From the NCBI GenBank assembly GCA_950097015.1, contig CATNEN010000032.1, positions 992,001 to 1,056,000 on the forward strand: 64,000 nt of DNA, written 5' to 3'. Shown here in pieces: positions 11,901 through 28,003 of this stretch (positions are counted from its first letter, which is position 1; the number at the start of each line of letters is the position of its first letter). A model generated the notes under the pieces. The model had not been told where the DNA came from and searched no databases. It saw nothing but the letters and a program-made list of their open reading frames with translations. The translations under genes and the position numbers were made by a program. The stretch comes from Macrostomum hystrix. Lineage: Eukaryota > Animalia > Platyhelminthes.

Positions 11901-14900
11901 GACACCTCCTGCAGCCCCAAACCCATTCCAACCCTCCAGACCCCAGTGTTCCTGACACCTGCAGCCCCAACCCCATTCCAACCCTCCAGACCCCAGTGTT
12001 CCTGACACCTCCTGCAGCCCCAACCCCATTCCAACCCTCCAGACCCCAGTGTTCCTGACACCTGCAGCCCCAACCCCATTCCAACCCTCCAGACCCCAGT
12101 GTTCCTGACACCTGCAGCCCCAACCCCATTCCAACCCTCCAGACCCCAGTGTTCCTGACACCTGCAGCCCCAACCCCATTCCAACCCTCCAGACCCCAGT
12201 GTTCCTGACACCTGCAGCCCCAACCCCATTCCAACCCCTCCAGACCCCAGTGTTCCTGACACCTGCAGCCCCAACCCCATTCCAACCCTCCAGTCCCCAG
12301 TGTTCCTGACACCTGCAGCCCCAACCCCATTCCAACCCTCCAGACCCCAGTGTTCCTGACACCTGCAGCCCCAACCCCATTCCAACCCTCCAGACCCCAG
12401 TGTTCCTGACACCTGCAGCCCCAACCCCATTCCAACCCTCCAGACCCCAGTGTTCCTGACACCTGCAGCCCCAACCCCATTCCAACCCTCCAGACCCCAG
12501 TGTTCCTGACACCTGCAGCCCCAACCCCATTCCAACCCTCCAGACCCCAGTGTTCCTGACATCTTTTTTGGCACCCTGCTAAGGCAACCGTACCGCCTAA
12601 CTTTCAAGCAATCGGCTAAAGAAGAAGCTGCGCAAAAGACGCCAAGTGGAGAAGGAGCTGCAGAGTCTGCGGAAGAAGAGCATCGAGTGTCGGATGAACG
12701 ATGCTGCCGCCGCAGCGAGGCCCCACCAGTCGAATGCTGAGCATCCCTTCTTTATAGTAGACTATGCATCGCTAGACAATGTGCAAGAGCTGGATGCCAC
12801 GGTAAGATTCTAAATTTGTGGGAGATAATTCTTAACTTCTTAACTTTGTGTGTTTTACAGAGAAATGGGAATTCTTCAGGTAACTGAGGACTGTGAAGCT
12901 TGGGAATTCCTTAGTAACTGGGAATCCGTTAGTAATGGGATGCCTTAGTAACTGGGGATTCTTTAGTCACTGGAGATGCCTCAGTAACTGGGGAATCCCT
13001 AGTCAATGGGAATTCCTTAGTAGCTGGGGATTCTTTAGTCACTGGAGATGCCTCAGTAACTGGGGAATCCCTAGTCAATGGGAATTCCTTAGTAGCTGGG
13101 GATTCCTTAGTAACTGGGAATTCCTTAGTAACTGGGGAATCCCTAGTAAATGGGAATTACTTAGTAACTGGGAATCTGTTAGTAACTGGGGATACCTTAG
13201 TAACTGGGGATTAACATGAATAATCCTAAAGGGTCTCTATAAACTCTATTTTTCTCTCGGACCAGTCGATGTCGGGAGACTCAGATCGGGCCTCACTGTC
13301 GCAATCGGAGGAGTTCTCGCAGTCCGCTGCTATCGGCATGCAGGGCGGCACCGGAGCCGCGTCCGGCACAGTCGACTCGCATTCAGTGAGTGAAACATTG
13401 GGCGGAACTGTACACAGACTGTGGGCGAAGCTGTATACATACTGTGGGCGAAGCTGTACACAGACTTGGGCGAAGCTGTACACAGACTGTAAACGGATCA
13501 GTACACAGACTGTGAGCGGATCTGTACACAGACTATGGGCGAAGCTGTACACAGACTGTGGGCGAGGCTGTACACAGACTGCGGGCGAGGCTGTAAACAG
13601 ACTGTGGACGAAGCTGTACACAGACTGTGGGCGAAGCTGTACACAGACTGTGGGCGAAGCTGTACACAGACTGTGGGCGAAGCTGTACACAGACTGTGTG
13701 TAGGAAAGTACACACATTTTAGGAAACGTAAGCAGTTTACAAAGCAGTTTACTGGCTGGAAAAGACGATACGGTCTTTCACATGTAAATGGAATAGTAAA
13801 ATTGAACTAGAAAACGGATTGGAAAAATGTTTCACATTTTATGTGTAAGCCAGCTTTGCTGCACGTTTTATTTTAACCTGTCTGTCATCGCTGAAACTTT
13901 CTTTCGAATTCTGTAAAGCACGTTTGGACGAGATCGTAAAATTTCAATAAATATCAAAGAGCAAATTTTCCAAATAGCAACATTTTAAGCCACGCACACC
14001 AGATGGACTTAAGTGTACAGGTTGATGCTGTTCACCTTTTTTATTAGCCCACTTTCTTGCTAGAATCGCTACATTTTCAGCGCATCGGTGCAGCGAAAGG
14101 TCATTTTTGGATTTTATGGAGCTGTTCACAACGAGCTAATATAAATTTCTGCTTTTTAGCGATCAAACTATTGGTTATAGCACTCTAAGCCTGTACTTCC
14201 CTAGCAACAGCAATCACAATAGAATACTGTTCAGTAGTATGATGGGGATCGTAATTTTTAGCCTGATGAATTTTGATGCACCACTTGGAGAAAAACTCTG
14301 ATAACTTCCGCATCATGCAATTTATTTTCAAAATGTTTGTTTCATTAGAAAGCTGAATAACTTCTCTGCATTCTGGTTGAAGCTTGTGGGTTCTACCTGT
14401 TTTTCTAGTGAGCTGTGCTTAAATAAAGTTTACCATCCAGCATGCTACCATCCAGCATGCTACCATCCAGCATGCTACCATCCAGCATGCTACCATCCAG
14501 CATGCTACCATCCAGCATGCCACCATACAGCATGCCACCATACAGCATGCCACCATACAGCATGCCACCATACAGCATGCCACCATACAGCATGCCACCA
14601 TACAGCATGCTACCATCCAGCATGCTACCATCCAGCATGCTACCATCCAGCATGCTACCATCCAGCATGCTACCATCCAGCATGCTACCATCCAGCATGC
14701 TACCAGATCCAGCCTGCCATCATCCAGCATGCTACCAGATCCAGCCTGCCATCATCCAGCATGCTACCATCCAGCCTGCCACCATCCAGCATGCTACCAT
14801 CCAGCATGCTACCATCCAGCATTCCACCATCCAGCATGCTACCATCCAGCCTGCCACTATCCAGCATGCTACCATCCAGCATGCTACCATCCAGCATGCT

Positions 14901-15575
14901 ACCATCCAGCATGCTACCATCCAGCATTCCACCATCCAGCATGCTACCATCCAGCATTCCACCATCCAGCATGCTACCATCCAGCATGCTACCATCCAGC
15001 ATGCTACCATCCAGCATGCTACCATCCAGCATGCTACCATCCAGCATGCTACCATCCAGCATGCTACCATCCAGCCTGCCATCATCCAGCATGCCACCAT
15101 CCAGCATGCTACCATCCAGCATTCCACCATCCAGCATTCCACCATCCAGCATTCTACCATCCAGCATTCCACCATCCAGCATTCCAACATCCAGCATTCC
15201 ACCATCCAGCATTCCAACATCCAGCATTCCACCATCCAGCATTCCAACATCCAGCATTCCACCATCCAGCATTCCAACATCCAGCATTCCACCTCCCATC
15301 GCCCGCAGAGAGCTACACTGGCAAGTCCGGAGTGCACCAGCAGCATCTCAGCTGGCAGTGATGCCTGTACCTCACAGGCGCACCCTCAGCAGCCGCAGCA
15401 GCTGCCGACGCAGCCCTCTGAATCGTCTGACGAGTTTAACAAAATGCCAGCCACAGCCGCAGCAGCCGTCAGCACGGCCGCTGTCGCATTTCGACGTCGA
15501 CCATCTTCAGCTTCGACGCGACCACCGCTGAGAAAGTCATTCTCCTACCAGGCAGGGGTGCCGTTCTCTGTGTTC

Positions 15576-15620
<45 letters not shown>

Positions 15621-15698
15621 CAATCTCAGCAGCCCAACTTTGTCCCCAGTCGACAAAGTCACCAGGTGCACCGCAATAATCTTCTGCTGCACATTCAT

Positions 15699-15730
<32 letters not shown>

Positions 15731-16013
15731 GCATATGCGCCTGCTAGCTGAGGTTGGGGATCTGGAGCGCCACTTTCAGGACAGGCGGGAGCAGAATCGC
15801 CAGCTGCACCAGCTGCGCAGGGCCAGCAGCACCAACGCCAATCGAGCTGCCGCCGCCGCTGCCGCCACGTCCGCCGTTGCCGCTGCAGGTCGAAACAGAT
15901 CGATCGGCGGCGGCGGGCTCTTGACTGGGCGACAGCCTGGCCGCGGGGCGGCCCGCTACATGCGGTCGAATTCGCTGGCTCCCGTCAGCTCCAGCACAAT
16001 GGCCGCCTGGTAG
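5985..16013 (+). CDS. Type I single-pass membrane protein, about 471 aa, with an ITIM-like motif and polyQ tail; exons 5985-6282, 6815-6914, 12609-12801, 13266-13385, 15309-16013
   Basis: Signal peptide MPVQLLAAVLLLTVCPAEA; short ectodomain with 2 Cys and an NDT sequon; TM segment VVFAACGAIIAAFFMVAAVM in exon 2. The phase-2 join gives RFR-NRLKKKLRKRR (positive-inside rule). All four introns are GT-AG with matching phases (1,2,0,0); total 1416 nt, divisible by 3. Confidence 0.75.
6319..6462. repeat. 32/33-bp tandem repeat, about 4.5 copies (intron 1 of the membrane gene)
   Basis: TTATCCACAATGATCCATCAGAGGGTCACACT starts at 6319, 6351, 6383, 6416 and 6449. Confidence 0.9.
6915..7232. repeat. 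24-bp (2x12) minisatellite starting at the exon-2 splice donor
   Basis: Unit GAGTGACGGGGCGAGTGACAGGAT; the array begins with the donor GTGAGT at 6915. Confidence 0.9.
7851..9010. repeat. 37-bp minisatellite, about 31 copies
   Basis: Unit ATTCCTTCACCCATGGGATAGATTAGCAATCCATTCT (period 7851 to 7888); very homogeneous. Confidence 0.95.
9716..10450. repeat. 44/46-bp purine-rich minisatellite, about 16 copies
   Basis: Unit GCAGTGAGATTATCTGAGAGGTTAGATATGAGATCAGATGAGAG, with or without an extra AG. Confidence 0.95.
10852..12562. repeat. 50-bp C-rich minisatellite, about 34 copies
   Basis: Unit CCCTCCAGACCCCAGTGTTCCTGACACCTGCAGCCCCAACCCCATTCCAA; source of the spurious GWNGVGAAG... ORFs. Confidence 0.95.
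12885..13212. repeat. ~20-bp degenerate minisatellite (intron 3 of the membrane gene)
   Basis: Unit approximately TGGGAATTCCTTAGTAACTG(G). Confidence 0.85.
13400..13698. repeat. 23-bp minisatellite just after the exon-4 donor
   Basis: Unit CAGACTGTGGGCGAAGCTGTACA. Confidence 0.9.
14432..15292. repeat. 15-bp minisatellite ending at the exon-5 acceptor
   Basis: Unit CCATCCAGCATGCTA with variants (CATTCCA, CCTGCCA). Confidence 0.95.
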
Positions 16014-16034
16014 AAACCAGCGGCAAGGGCTGAT

Positions 16035-16330
16035 TGATAGACTGATTGATGGATTGATAGATGAACAGATTTATTTGATTATTGTTTGGTTTGCGATCCA
16101 TCGATAAATAGATAAAATTGATTGCTCTATTGATTAATTGATTAATTGACTGATTGATTGATTGATTGATAATTGGTTACTTGATTGTTTCTTTGATTAG
16201 TTGATTGGTTGATTGGTTGATTGGTTGATTACTTGATTGTTTGTTTGATTGGTTGATGGATTGATTGATTGGTTCTTTAAAGAACAGATCAATCGATTTA
16301 TTACCTGATTTATTGATTGATCGATAATTG
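16035..16330. repeat. Degenerate (TTGA)n-like low-complexity tract
   Basis: GATT/TTGA-rich run downstream of the stop codon at 16013. Confidence 0.7.
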
Positions 16331-17159
16331 GGCAGCTTTTTATCGATGGATTGACAGATAATTTTATATATTGATAGAACATGCAGGTTGTTAATATTTT
16401 TGTCATAGAAAATTATAGAATTTTTGTTGATTGACAAGTGCATCAATGTATTAATCGATAGATCAAGCATTGGTCTTGATTGCTTATCGAATCCTTCGAT
16501 CAACCTGACGCATTGACGGAAAAGTCTATGTAAAGGTTTTTCATAAAATTTTCATTCCAATAATGCCTGGGTCATTGCTGAAAGCTTAAACTCATGCCCA
16601 GTTTCTGCAATGACCTTAATTTAAAGTTTTCTCTCATTCAATAGCCAATGGCAGTAGTATGTGCTGCCTGGTGTTATAAAAATTCAATCATTTAAAACTG
16701 ATAAGTGAACACTTTGCCAAGAAATCGATGTAGAAATTTCAAAACAAAATTTCATTCCAATTTAATTCTATAAAGAATACGAGTGATATGACATAAATAT
16801 ACTCACTGCTCTGGGATTTGAGTTGTTCTTTCTAACTGGCCAATCTGAATTAGCAAATTAATCTCCGGGCAGTCTTCCTGCTGCGCTTTGAGTAGCTGAA
16901 CAATCATGCGAAGGAAATTCGCCTCGACCGCAGCATCGAGGCACCCGGCTGTCTAGGCCTCTAGAAAGACCACAGCTTCATCAACGTTTGAGTGCTTGCT
17001 CTCAGCATGTATCTGTTGTTTTCGGGGGCTGGAGTGGCAGGTGTTGCATTATCTTCTGCTTCTGCCTAGCGCGGGCTTGTCTGGCCACTGCTCAATTGAG
17101 CACACCTGCAGCCCGCTGAGGGTCTCTTTTGGTACTGCCACAGCTGCGGCCGCCCCTGC

Positions 17160-18351
17160 CTCTCTGTCTCTCTGTCTGTCTGTGCTGGGTATCTGTCAGT
17201 CTGTTCTGGGTGTCTGTCAGTCTGTTCTGGGTGTCTGTCAGTCTGTGCTGGGTGTCTGTCTGTTCTGGGTGTCTGTCAGTCTGTTCTGGGTGTCTGTCTG
17301 TTCTGGGTGTCTGTCAGTCTGTTCTGGGTGTCTGTCTGTTCTGGGTGTCTGTCAGTCTGTTCTGGGTGTCTGTCAGTCTGTTCTGGGTGTCTGTCTGTTC
17401 TGGGTGTCTGTCAGTCTGTTCTGGGTGTCTGTCTGTTCTGGGTGTCTGTCAGTCTGTTCTGGGTGTCTGTCTGTTCTGGGTGTCTGTCAGTCTGTTCTGG
17501 GTGTCTGTCAGTCTGTGCTGGGTGTCTGTCTGTGCTGGGTATCTGTCAGTCTGTTCTGGGTGTCTGTCAGTCTGTTCTGGGTGTCTGTCAGTCTGTGCTG
17601 GGTGTCTGTCTGTTCTGGGTGTCTGTCAGTCTGTTCTGGGTGTCTGTCTGTTCTGGGTGTCTGTCAGTCTGTTCTGGGTGTCTGTCAGTCTGTTCTGGGT
17701 GTCTGTCTGTTCTGGGTGTCTGTCAGTCTGTTCTGGGTGTCTGTCTGTTCTGGGTGTCTGTCAGTCTGTTCTGGGTGTCTGTCAGTCTGTGCTGGGTGTC
17801 TGTCAGTCTGTGCTGGGTGTCTGTCAGTCTGTGCTGGGTGTCTGTCAGTCTGTGCTGGGTGTCTGTCAGTCCGTGCTGGGTGTCTGTCAGTCCGTGCTGG
17901 GTGTCTGTCAGTCCGTGCTGGGTGTCTGTCAGTCTGTGCTGGGTGTCTGTCAGTCTGTGCTGGGTGTCTGTCTGTTCTGGGTGTCTGTCAGTCTGTGCTG
18001 GGTGTCTGTCTGTTCTGGGTGTCTGTCAGTCTGTGCTGGGTGTCTGTCAGTCTGTTCTGGGTGTCTGTCTGTTCTGGGTGTCTGTCTGTTCTGGGTGTCT
18101 GTCTGTTCTGGGTGTCTGTCAGTCTGTGCTGGGTGTCTGTCCATCTGTGCTGGATGTCTGTCTGTCTGTCGGTCTGTCTGACTGTCTGTCTGTCTGTCGG
18201 TCTGTCTGTCTGTCTGTCTGTGTGTGTGTCTGTCTGTCTGTCTGTCGGTCTGTCTGTCTGTCTGTCGGTCTGTCTGTCTGTCTGTGCGTCCGTCTGTCTG
18301 TCGTGTCTGCCTGCCTATCTATCTATCTGTCTGTCTGTCTGTCTGTCTGTG

Positions 18352-18384
<33 letters not shown>

Positions 18385-18403
18385 GTGTCTGCCTGCCTAT
18401 CTA

Positions 18404-18430
<27 letters not shown>
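17160..18430. repeat. TCTG-derived satellite (17/21-bp units) grading into (TCTG)n
   Basis: GGGTGTCTGTCAGTCTGTTCT and GGGTGTCTGTCTGTTCT units, then degenerate TCTG; source of the spurious SVCSGCL ORFs. Confidence 0.9.
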
Positions 18431-18434
<4 letters not shown>

Positions 18435-18984
18435 TTTTTTCGCAGATTTTTAAGCCAGAAAAGTCACCACCGGGCTGCGTGTCACAGTTTCGTGGCCAAA
18501 TCACAGCACTAGGCTACGCCCAGTCAGTTTCGCTAGCCTCAGTCTTGCACCACCTGATGCTGAGTGCACCCAGTAAAGGCCACGGACTGGATGCGCCCGC
18601 ATTGTCCATTCCAATTAGCGGGTATTGCTTAGTATCACAGCCCAGCCACCAACCAGTTTTTAGCCTCTGATTTCAGTTGCTATTCGGCTTCGAACCAATC
18701 GTAGGATAGAGACGCCCATCAGATGTGCCAGGGTGGAAAGGAGCCAGTGATAGTGGATGCATTCTGTTTCTCTGACATAAAAGTCGAACATGCCTTGGTT
18801 TATACATGTACTCGTGCTGCTTTTCAATTTTACACGCGTCTGCAAGTTAGATTCTTAGCTCTACTGTTGTCGCAGCTGTTTAGAGAAAATAAAGATATTA
18901 CCATAGACATGGACTATTCATATTAAGTGCATTGACTCACGTCAATTAGACATAGACATAGGCATTTAGACATAGACAGTAAAT

Positions 18985-19008
18985 ATGTCTAATGCAACCC
19001 AGGCAGAT

Positions 19009-19043
<35 letters not shown>

Positions 19044-22000
19044 GTTGCGGGCGACCCACCGTCAGGTGTCATATGAGGCCGCGGAGGTGATGGAAGGCGA
19101 CGCTACTCTGGTGACGCAGCCGCGGCAGAGGAACGGCAGCTCGTTCGTCGGCTCCTCGGCCGGAGGCATCGCAGTCGGCGGAGGCGTCTACAGCGTCGCC
19201 GGAGTGGCCCTGTGTGCCTTCGTCCTCGGCTGCCTGCTGAGCTTCGCTGCGACACTTCTGGCTACGCGGGCCACTAGCCACACTGCTCACGGCGGCTGTT
19301 CGGACCGTCAGCTCTGGCCAGACGCTGGCGAGATGGCGGCCAACAGGGCTCGGCTGCGCCAGTTGGCCAGCTCGCAGGCCGAACTGGAAGGTCACGTGAT
19401 CTCGCTGACCAGCCGGCAGTCGCGTGCAGGAGGTCCGGATGCCGTCTTTCACGCGGACTACGTGGCGCGGCAGTGGCGGGAGCAGGGCCTGCCAGTGCTG
19501 AATCGCAGCTACAGTGTGGCGCTGAGCTACCTGAATGTCGGCAGCGGAGTTGACCAGGATGGCATTGGAATTTTCCTCTGCGAAGTCGACGACACAAGGT
19601 CGGACGGGGGAAAGCCATGGGACGGCCCAGCTGAACGATGCGACGAGAGACTTCGGCTCGACCCGCCACTGACGCCCGAGGACGGTGTGACTGGTGCGCT
19701 GCCCTCCATTGTGCCCTACACCGACGCGCTGAATGGCAGCTTCCGCTTGTTGACACAGCAGCAGCTGCTGGAGCTTGTGACCGAATTCTCTGGCAACCCA
19801 GACCAACTGCGACTCCACCTGGCTGACGTTGTTGTCCTCATCGAGGCCGGCTTGGAGGTGGGTTCCAGAATCTCTGGATCATCGAATGAGTCTGAGCCCA
19901 CAAGAGTCTGTGAGAAAGTGATGGAATGTTTTAAACTCAGTTTAGAAAATCACGGGCTGAAACAGATCGATGCCTGGAAGCTATTCGAGCACCTCCTTCA
20001 TCAATACAGCCAGGTGGCGGCAGCGCCTCGTCCTCCGCCCAGGCTCTGAATATCAGCGTGTTGAGCATGGCGGCTGGCCTGCTCAAGAAGCTGTCCCCAG
20101 AGCCCCGTCCCGGCGTGGCAATCTACCCGGACGGCACCGGCGTGCCGGACAGCCTAATCTGGATGAAGTCGACGCTGGCAACAAACATCAAGGGCGACCC
20201 GGCAACACCCATGTATCCTTCCAAGGTAAATTACTCCCTTGAGGATCCACCTTTCATCTTACCTGCATCTCGCGACTTTTCACCGGTCTCTGGTACCCCC
20301 GCAGCCGTACGCCGTCCGAGCCGGCTTTGAGCCGCCGCCGCCCAGCCAACCAACGATTCCAATCTCAGCTGCTGATGCGCGTCGTCTGCGCGAATTCGCC
20401 GAAGTTTCGCCAACGTTGACCGCCGCGGCTGACGAGCCCGGACAGCGCAGTCGGCGGCTCCGCATTCGGTGGCCGATGGAGACCGGCCTACGACAGATTC
20501 GCGACGTCTGCACGGAGATGACGGGCGCCGTCGAGCCGGACCGTGTGGTGCTGCTCGGCGGGCACCGGGACGCTTGGCATTCGGGAGCCCTCGACCCGCA
20601 TAGCGGCCTCAGCTCCCTGCTCGTCATCACCCGCGTCCTCGCCGACCTGCGAAACCGCGGCTGGCGTCCGCGACGCACCCTGCTGGCCTGCACCTGGGAC
20701 GCCGAGGAGTGGAACCTCATCGGCAGCGCCGAATGGCTGGACGAGGAGCTCCGAAGAGCGGACAGACGGCTGGTGGCGTACGTGAATACCGACACCGACA
20801 TCATGGGCAACTGGAAGGTCATGGTGCACGCCTTTCAGCGCTGGCAGGGCTTCCTGGACGAGCTCATTGCGGAGGTCTAATATGATTTCATTTGGATAAT
20901 GGTCATGCAATACCCCTGCAAGATCCAAGACTCGTCTGTAGTCTGTCTATTTTTAGATAATTTTTGGCTAGCTTCGCCATTCCTTTCGAGAACTTTAGCG
21001 ACCTTTCAAAAATTTCAAAAGTGATAATCTAATCTTATAATCTTATGCAGCTTAGCCATAAACGTAAAGCATATGATTTAAAAAAATTCAGAATGGGATT
21101 TCTAATAAATAAAAATGTGATTTCTAATAATTCGGAATGGGATTTCAAAAAATCAAGAATTGGATTTCAAAGAACAAAGAGTGGGATTTCAAAGAACGAG
21201 GAATGGGATTTCAAAAAATTCTGAATTGGATTTCTAAAAATTCAGAATGGGATTTCTAAAAGTTTAGAATGGGATTTCAAAGAATTCAGAATGGGATTTC
21301 TAAAAATACAGAATGGGATTTCAAAGAATTCAGAATGGGATTTCAAAGAATTCAGAATGGAATTTCTAAGAATTCAGAATGGGATTTCAAAGAATTCAGA
21401 ATGGGATTTCTAGTAATTCAGAATGGAATTCATTTGATTAAAAATGGGATTTTCACTTCAAATGAAAATATCTCGTTGAGCTTAGGAAAAGTTTTTCGAT
21501 TATTTAATCCCCTTACCATTGAGCACGGGAAATTTATCGTCGAATTGTGCTAGGTCCATCCCAAATCCAAGCATTTGAGAGTAGGAATACTTTTGTGCTT
21601 TTGAAAGCTAGAAGTCAGAAGTCAGAAAAACTTGTCGAAAATTGGCCTGCAGGTTGCCAATCCAGACCCGCGCGGAGATTCGCGCTATCATTTCTACAAG
21701 GCGCCGGACGCCTACTCGGACTATTACGTATTCTGGCGCACCCTAGGCGTCCCGATTGTGGACCTGTCCTACATCCGGCCGAACGAAACTCGCATGGTGG
21801 TGTACGATCTGTACCACAGCCGCTACGACACCGCCAAGCTCTATCGACTCACCGATCCTGGCGGCCGAGCTCACCTGGCCACCGTGCACAACTATCTGGG
21901 CATTGTGTACACCCTGCTGGACACGCCGCTACTACCCGTGAACCTCACCGCCTACGCCGAGGAAATGGATGCCGCAATGAGCCGGCTGCACGGCCAGGCT

Positions 22001-22462
22001 CGCGTAGCTCTGTGGGCCGTCGGTAGGCGGTCTGGAACTCGCGCCAAACCGCTCGGCTGGCCCGAGCTGGAGGCCGCGATGCGCCGCGAGCTGATCCGGG
22101 CGAAGCGAGCGCTCCGACGGTTCGACGTTGACGTTCTCGGCCCGCTGCGGCGAAGCTGGCTGGAGGCTGGCGTTGCTAACGGCCGAGTCGAAAGAGCCGA
22201 GGACCGGCTGCTGCGGCTGCGCATGGCCAACGACAAGCTGATGGAGGTGCAGCAGGCCTTTGTCTACAGGTCCGTCTACCCCAGCCAGCACATCGCCAAC
22301 CTGCTGGCCGACGAGCCTACCTTCGCCGCCCTATTCTCTGGCGGTCTCGGACGTAGCGAATCCGACGAAGCATTGCGCAGCAGGCAGCTGATGAAACTGA
22401 TTGAGACGTGCGTCCTAAGCCTCGCGTCAGTGGCCAAGATACTGTCTGACAGCTTCGCCTGA
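18985..22462 (+). CDS. M28B metallopeptidase (NAALADase/glutamate carboxypeptidase II/TfR family), type II membrane protein, about 822 aa; exons 18985-19857, 20010-20225, 20305-20874, 21653-22462
   Basis: N-terminal TM anchor; GDPATPMYP; PTIPISAADARRL; zinc-site motifs GGHRDAW, GALDP, WDAEE, YVNTD and C-terminal H (RAHLAT); SDYYVF...GVP; ANDKLMEVQQAF. Three phase-0 GT-AG introns resolve the apparent frameshifts (2469 nt). Confidence 0.9.
21085..21430. repeat. 22-bp minisatellite in peptidase intron 3
   Basis: Unit GAATGGGATTTCAAAGAATTCA. Confidence 0.85.
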
Positions 22463-22747
22463 CGGACAATTTTCTGTAGAGTTAAAGGATTTCTATGCTT
22501 TTTTTTTAGCGGATGGCTTTATGTACCAGGTGGTCTGTCGTAGCTGGATATTATGTTGTAATTTCCGTTACCGTCGAGCGGACAGCAGACGGGTAGTTTG
22601 GGTTCGGGTACGCACTGCCCAGAGCTTGCCAAGGAGAAGGGAAGGGGGAGCAGCGACCCTCGAGGCGTAATCACACTCCGAGTTAGAGATGAAGGGCTTG
22701 GAGCGTGCAGAAACCCGCTGGCCCTGCGAGAACGGTACGCGGATGAC

Positions 22748-26934
<4,187 letters not shown>

Positions 26935-28003
26935 CTTTAAACAAAACAATATAACTTTTAATCGATGTGTGTTAACGAAGAGAGCGAGAAGGACGCGCAG
27001 TGTTGTCCGTCATTCGACCGGTTATGAGAAGTTTAGCTAATGCAGCTTTGGCCACAGACTTCAGCAGGCGATTGCGCTCATCTGCTATGGCAGTTGTATT
27101 GCTCTTTCACTTGACTAAAGTACGTATCGGCAGATCTAAGGTCTATAATGCACACTGTAGCATGAGTTAATCTAGCTCCACCGTTTAAACTTTAGCTAAG
27201 TACAGACTTAAAAACGGAATTAGCTGTCGTTTCGCCTAATTTAAATACTCAATTTACTTTAATAACTATAAAAATCGACATCAAAAAGCTCACATGAATA
27301 GCTCACTACATTGGAGACAAATTTCAGCTGTAAATTATGTTTTGCATTTTGCTTATGAACAACAGCCACGCTATAGTACCATAACGCACAGCTTCAACTG
27401 AGCCCAAGCAAAACTATTTTGCGGAACAGCAATGCAGTTTATAGTTTGCACTTTTCGAAGATAATGAAAATCTTCTACAGTGGATGCTTTTTCGTGATTT
27501 CTGAAATGGGGTTTTCCGCACGATTTTCCGCATATGCTCGAACGTATAACACTCGAGCAAGCTTATAAGCCATTCCTGAAGCCGAACCATATCAAATAAC
27601 AATATAGATCAGGGTTGCGCCAAGCATAAAGTCAAGGATCTTCGTATTGAATCTCTTTCTCGCATGACAGGCTTTTAGCAGAGAAATTTAAGCCCCAAAA
27701 CAAATGAGTGTCTCAATTTTTTCTTCGTGGTGGCGGTCTGGCTATTAAGGCTCTGCGGACTATTTAGTTATCAATAAATTTACACGCATATTCCACTTTG
27801 TATGAAGCTCATGTTTACAAACCGCTGCATGGGGAAAGCAATCATGCATATTTTTTAATGGATTTCGTCAGAATTAGTGTAAATTACTGTAGAAACTTGT
27901 GAAGCGACGTTAGTTGTGTGAATTGAAAGGTAAAAGTCGCTGCTGGCATGTATTTTCATACGTTTAACCGATCATTTCTCGACCTATTAAGAACAATAGA
28001 AAA

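Noticed and set aside
10784-12607. Long minus-strand ORFs (up to 544 aa, GWNGVGAAG...)
   Set aside because: Translations of a 50-bp minisatellite lying inside an intron of the + strand gene.
14377-15308. PACYH / MLPSS / IQHAT repeat ORFs
   Set aside because: 15-bp array; the real exon starts at the CAG acceptor at 15308.
16996-18670. SVCSGCL / LSVC long ORFs
   Set aside because: TCTG-derived satellite that lacks stop codons.
19858-20304. Apparent frameshifts or pseudogenisation of the M28 peptidase
   Set aside because: Resolved by phase-0 GT-AG introns at 19858-20009 and 20226-20304.
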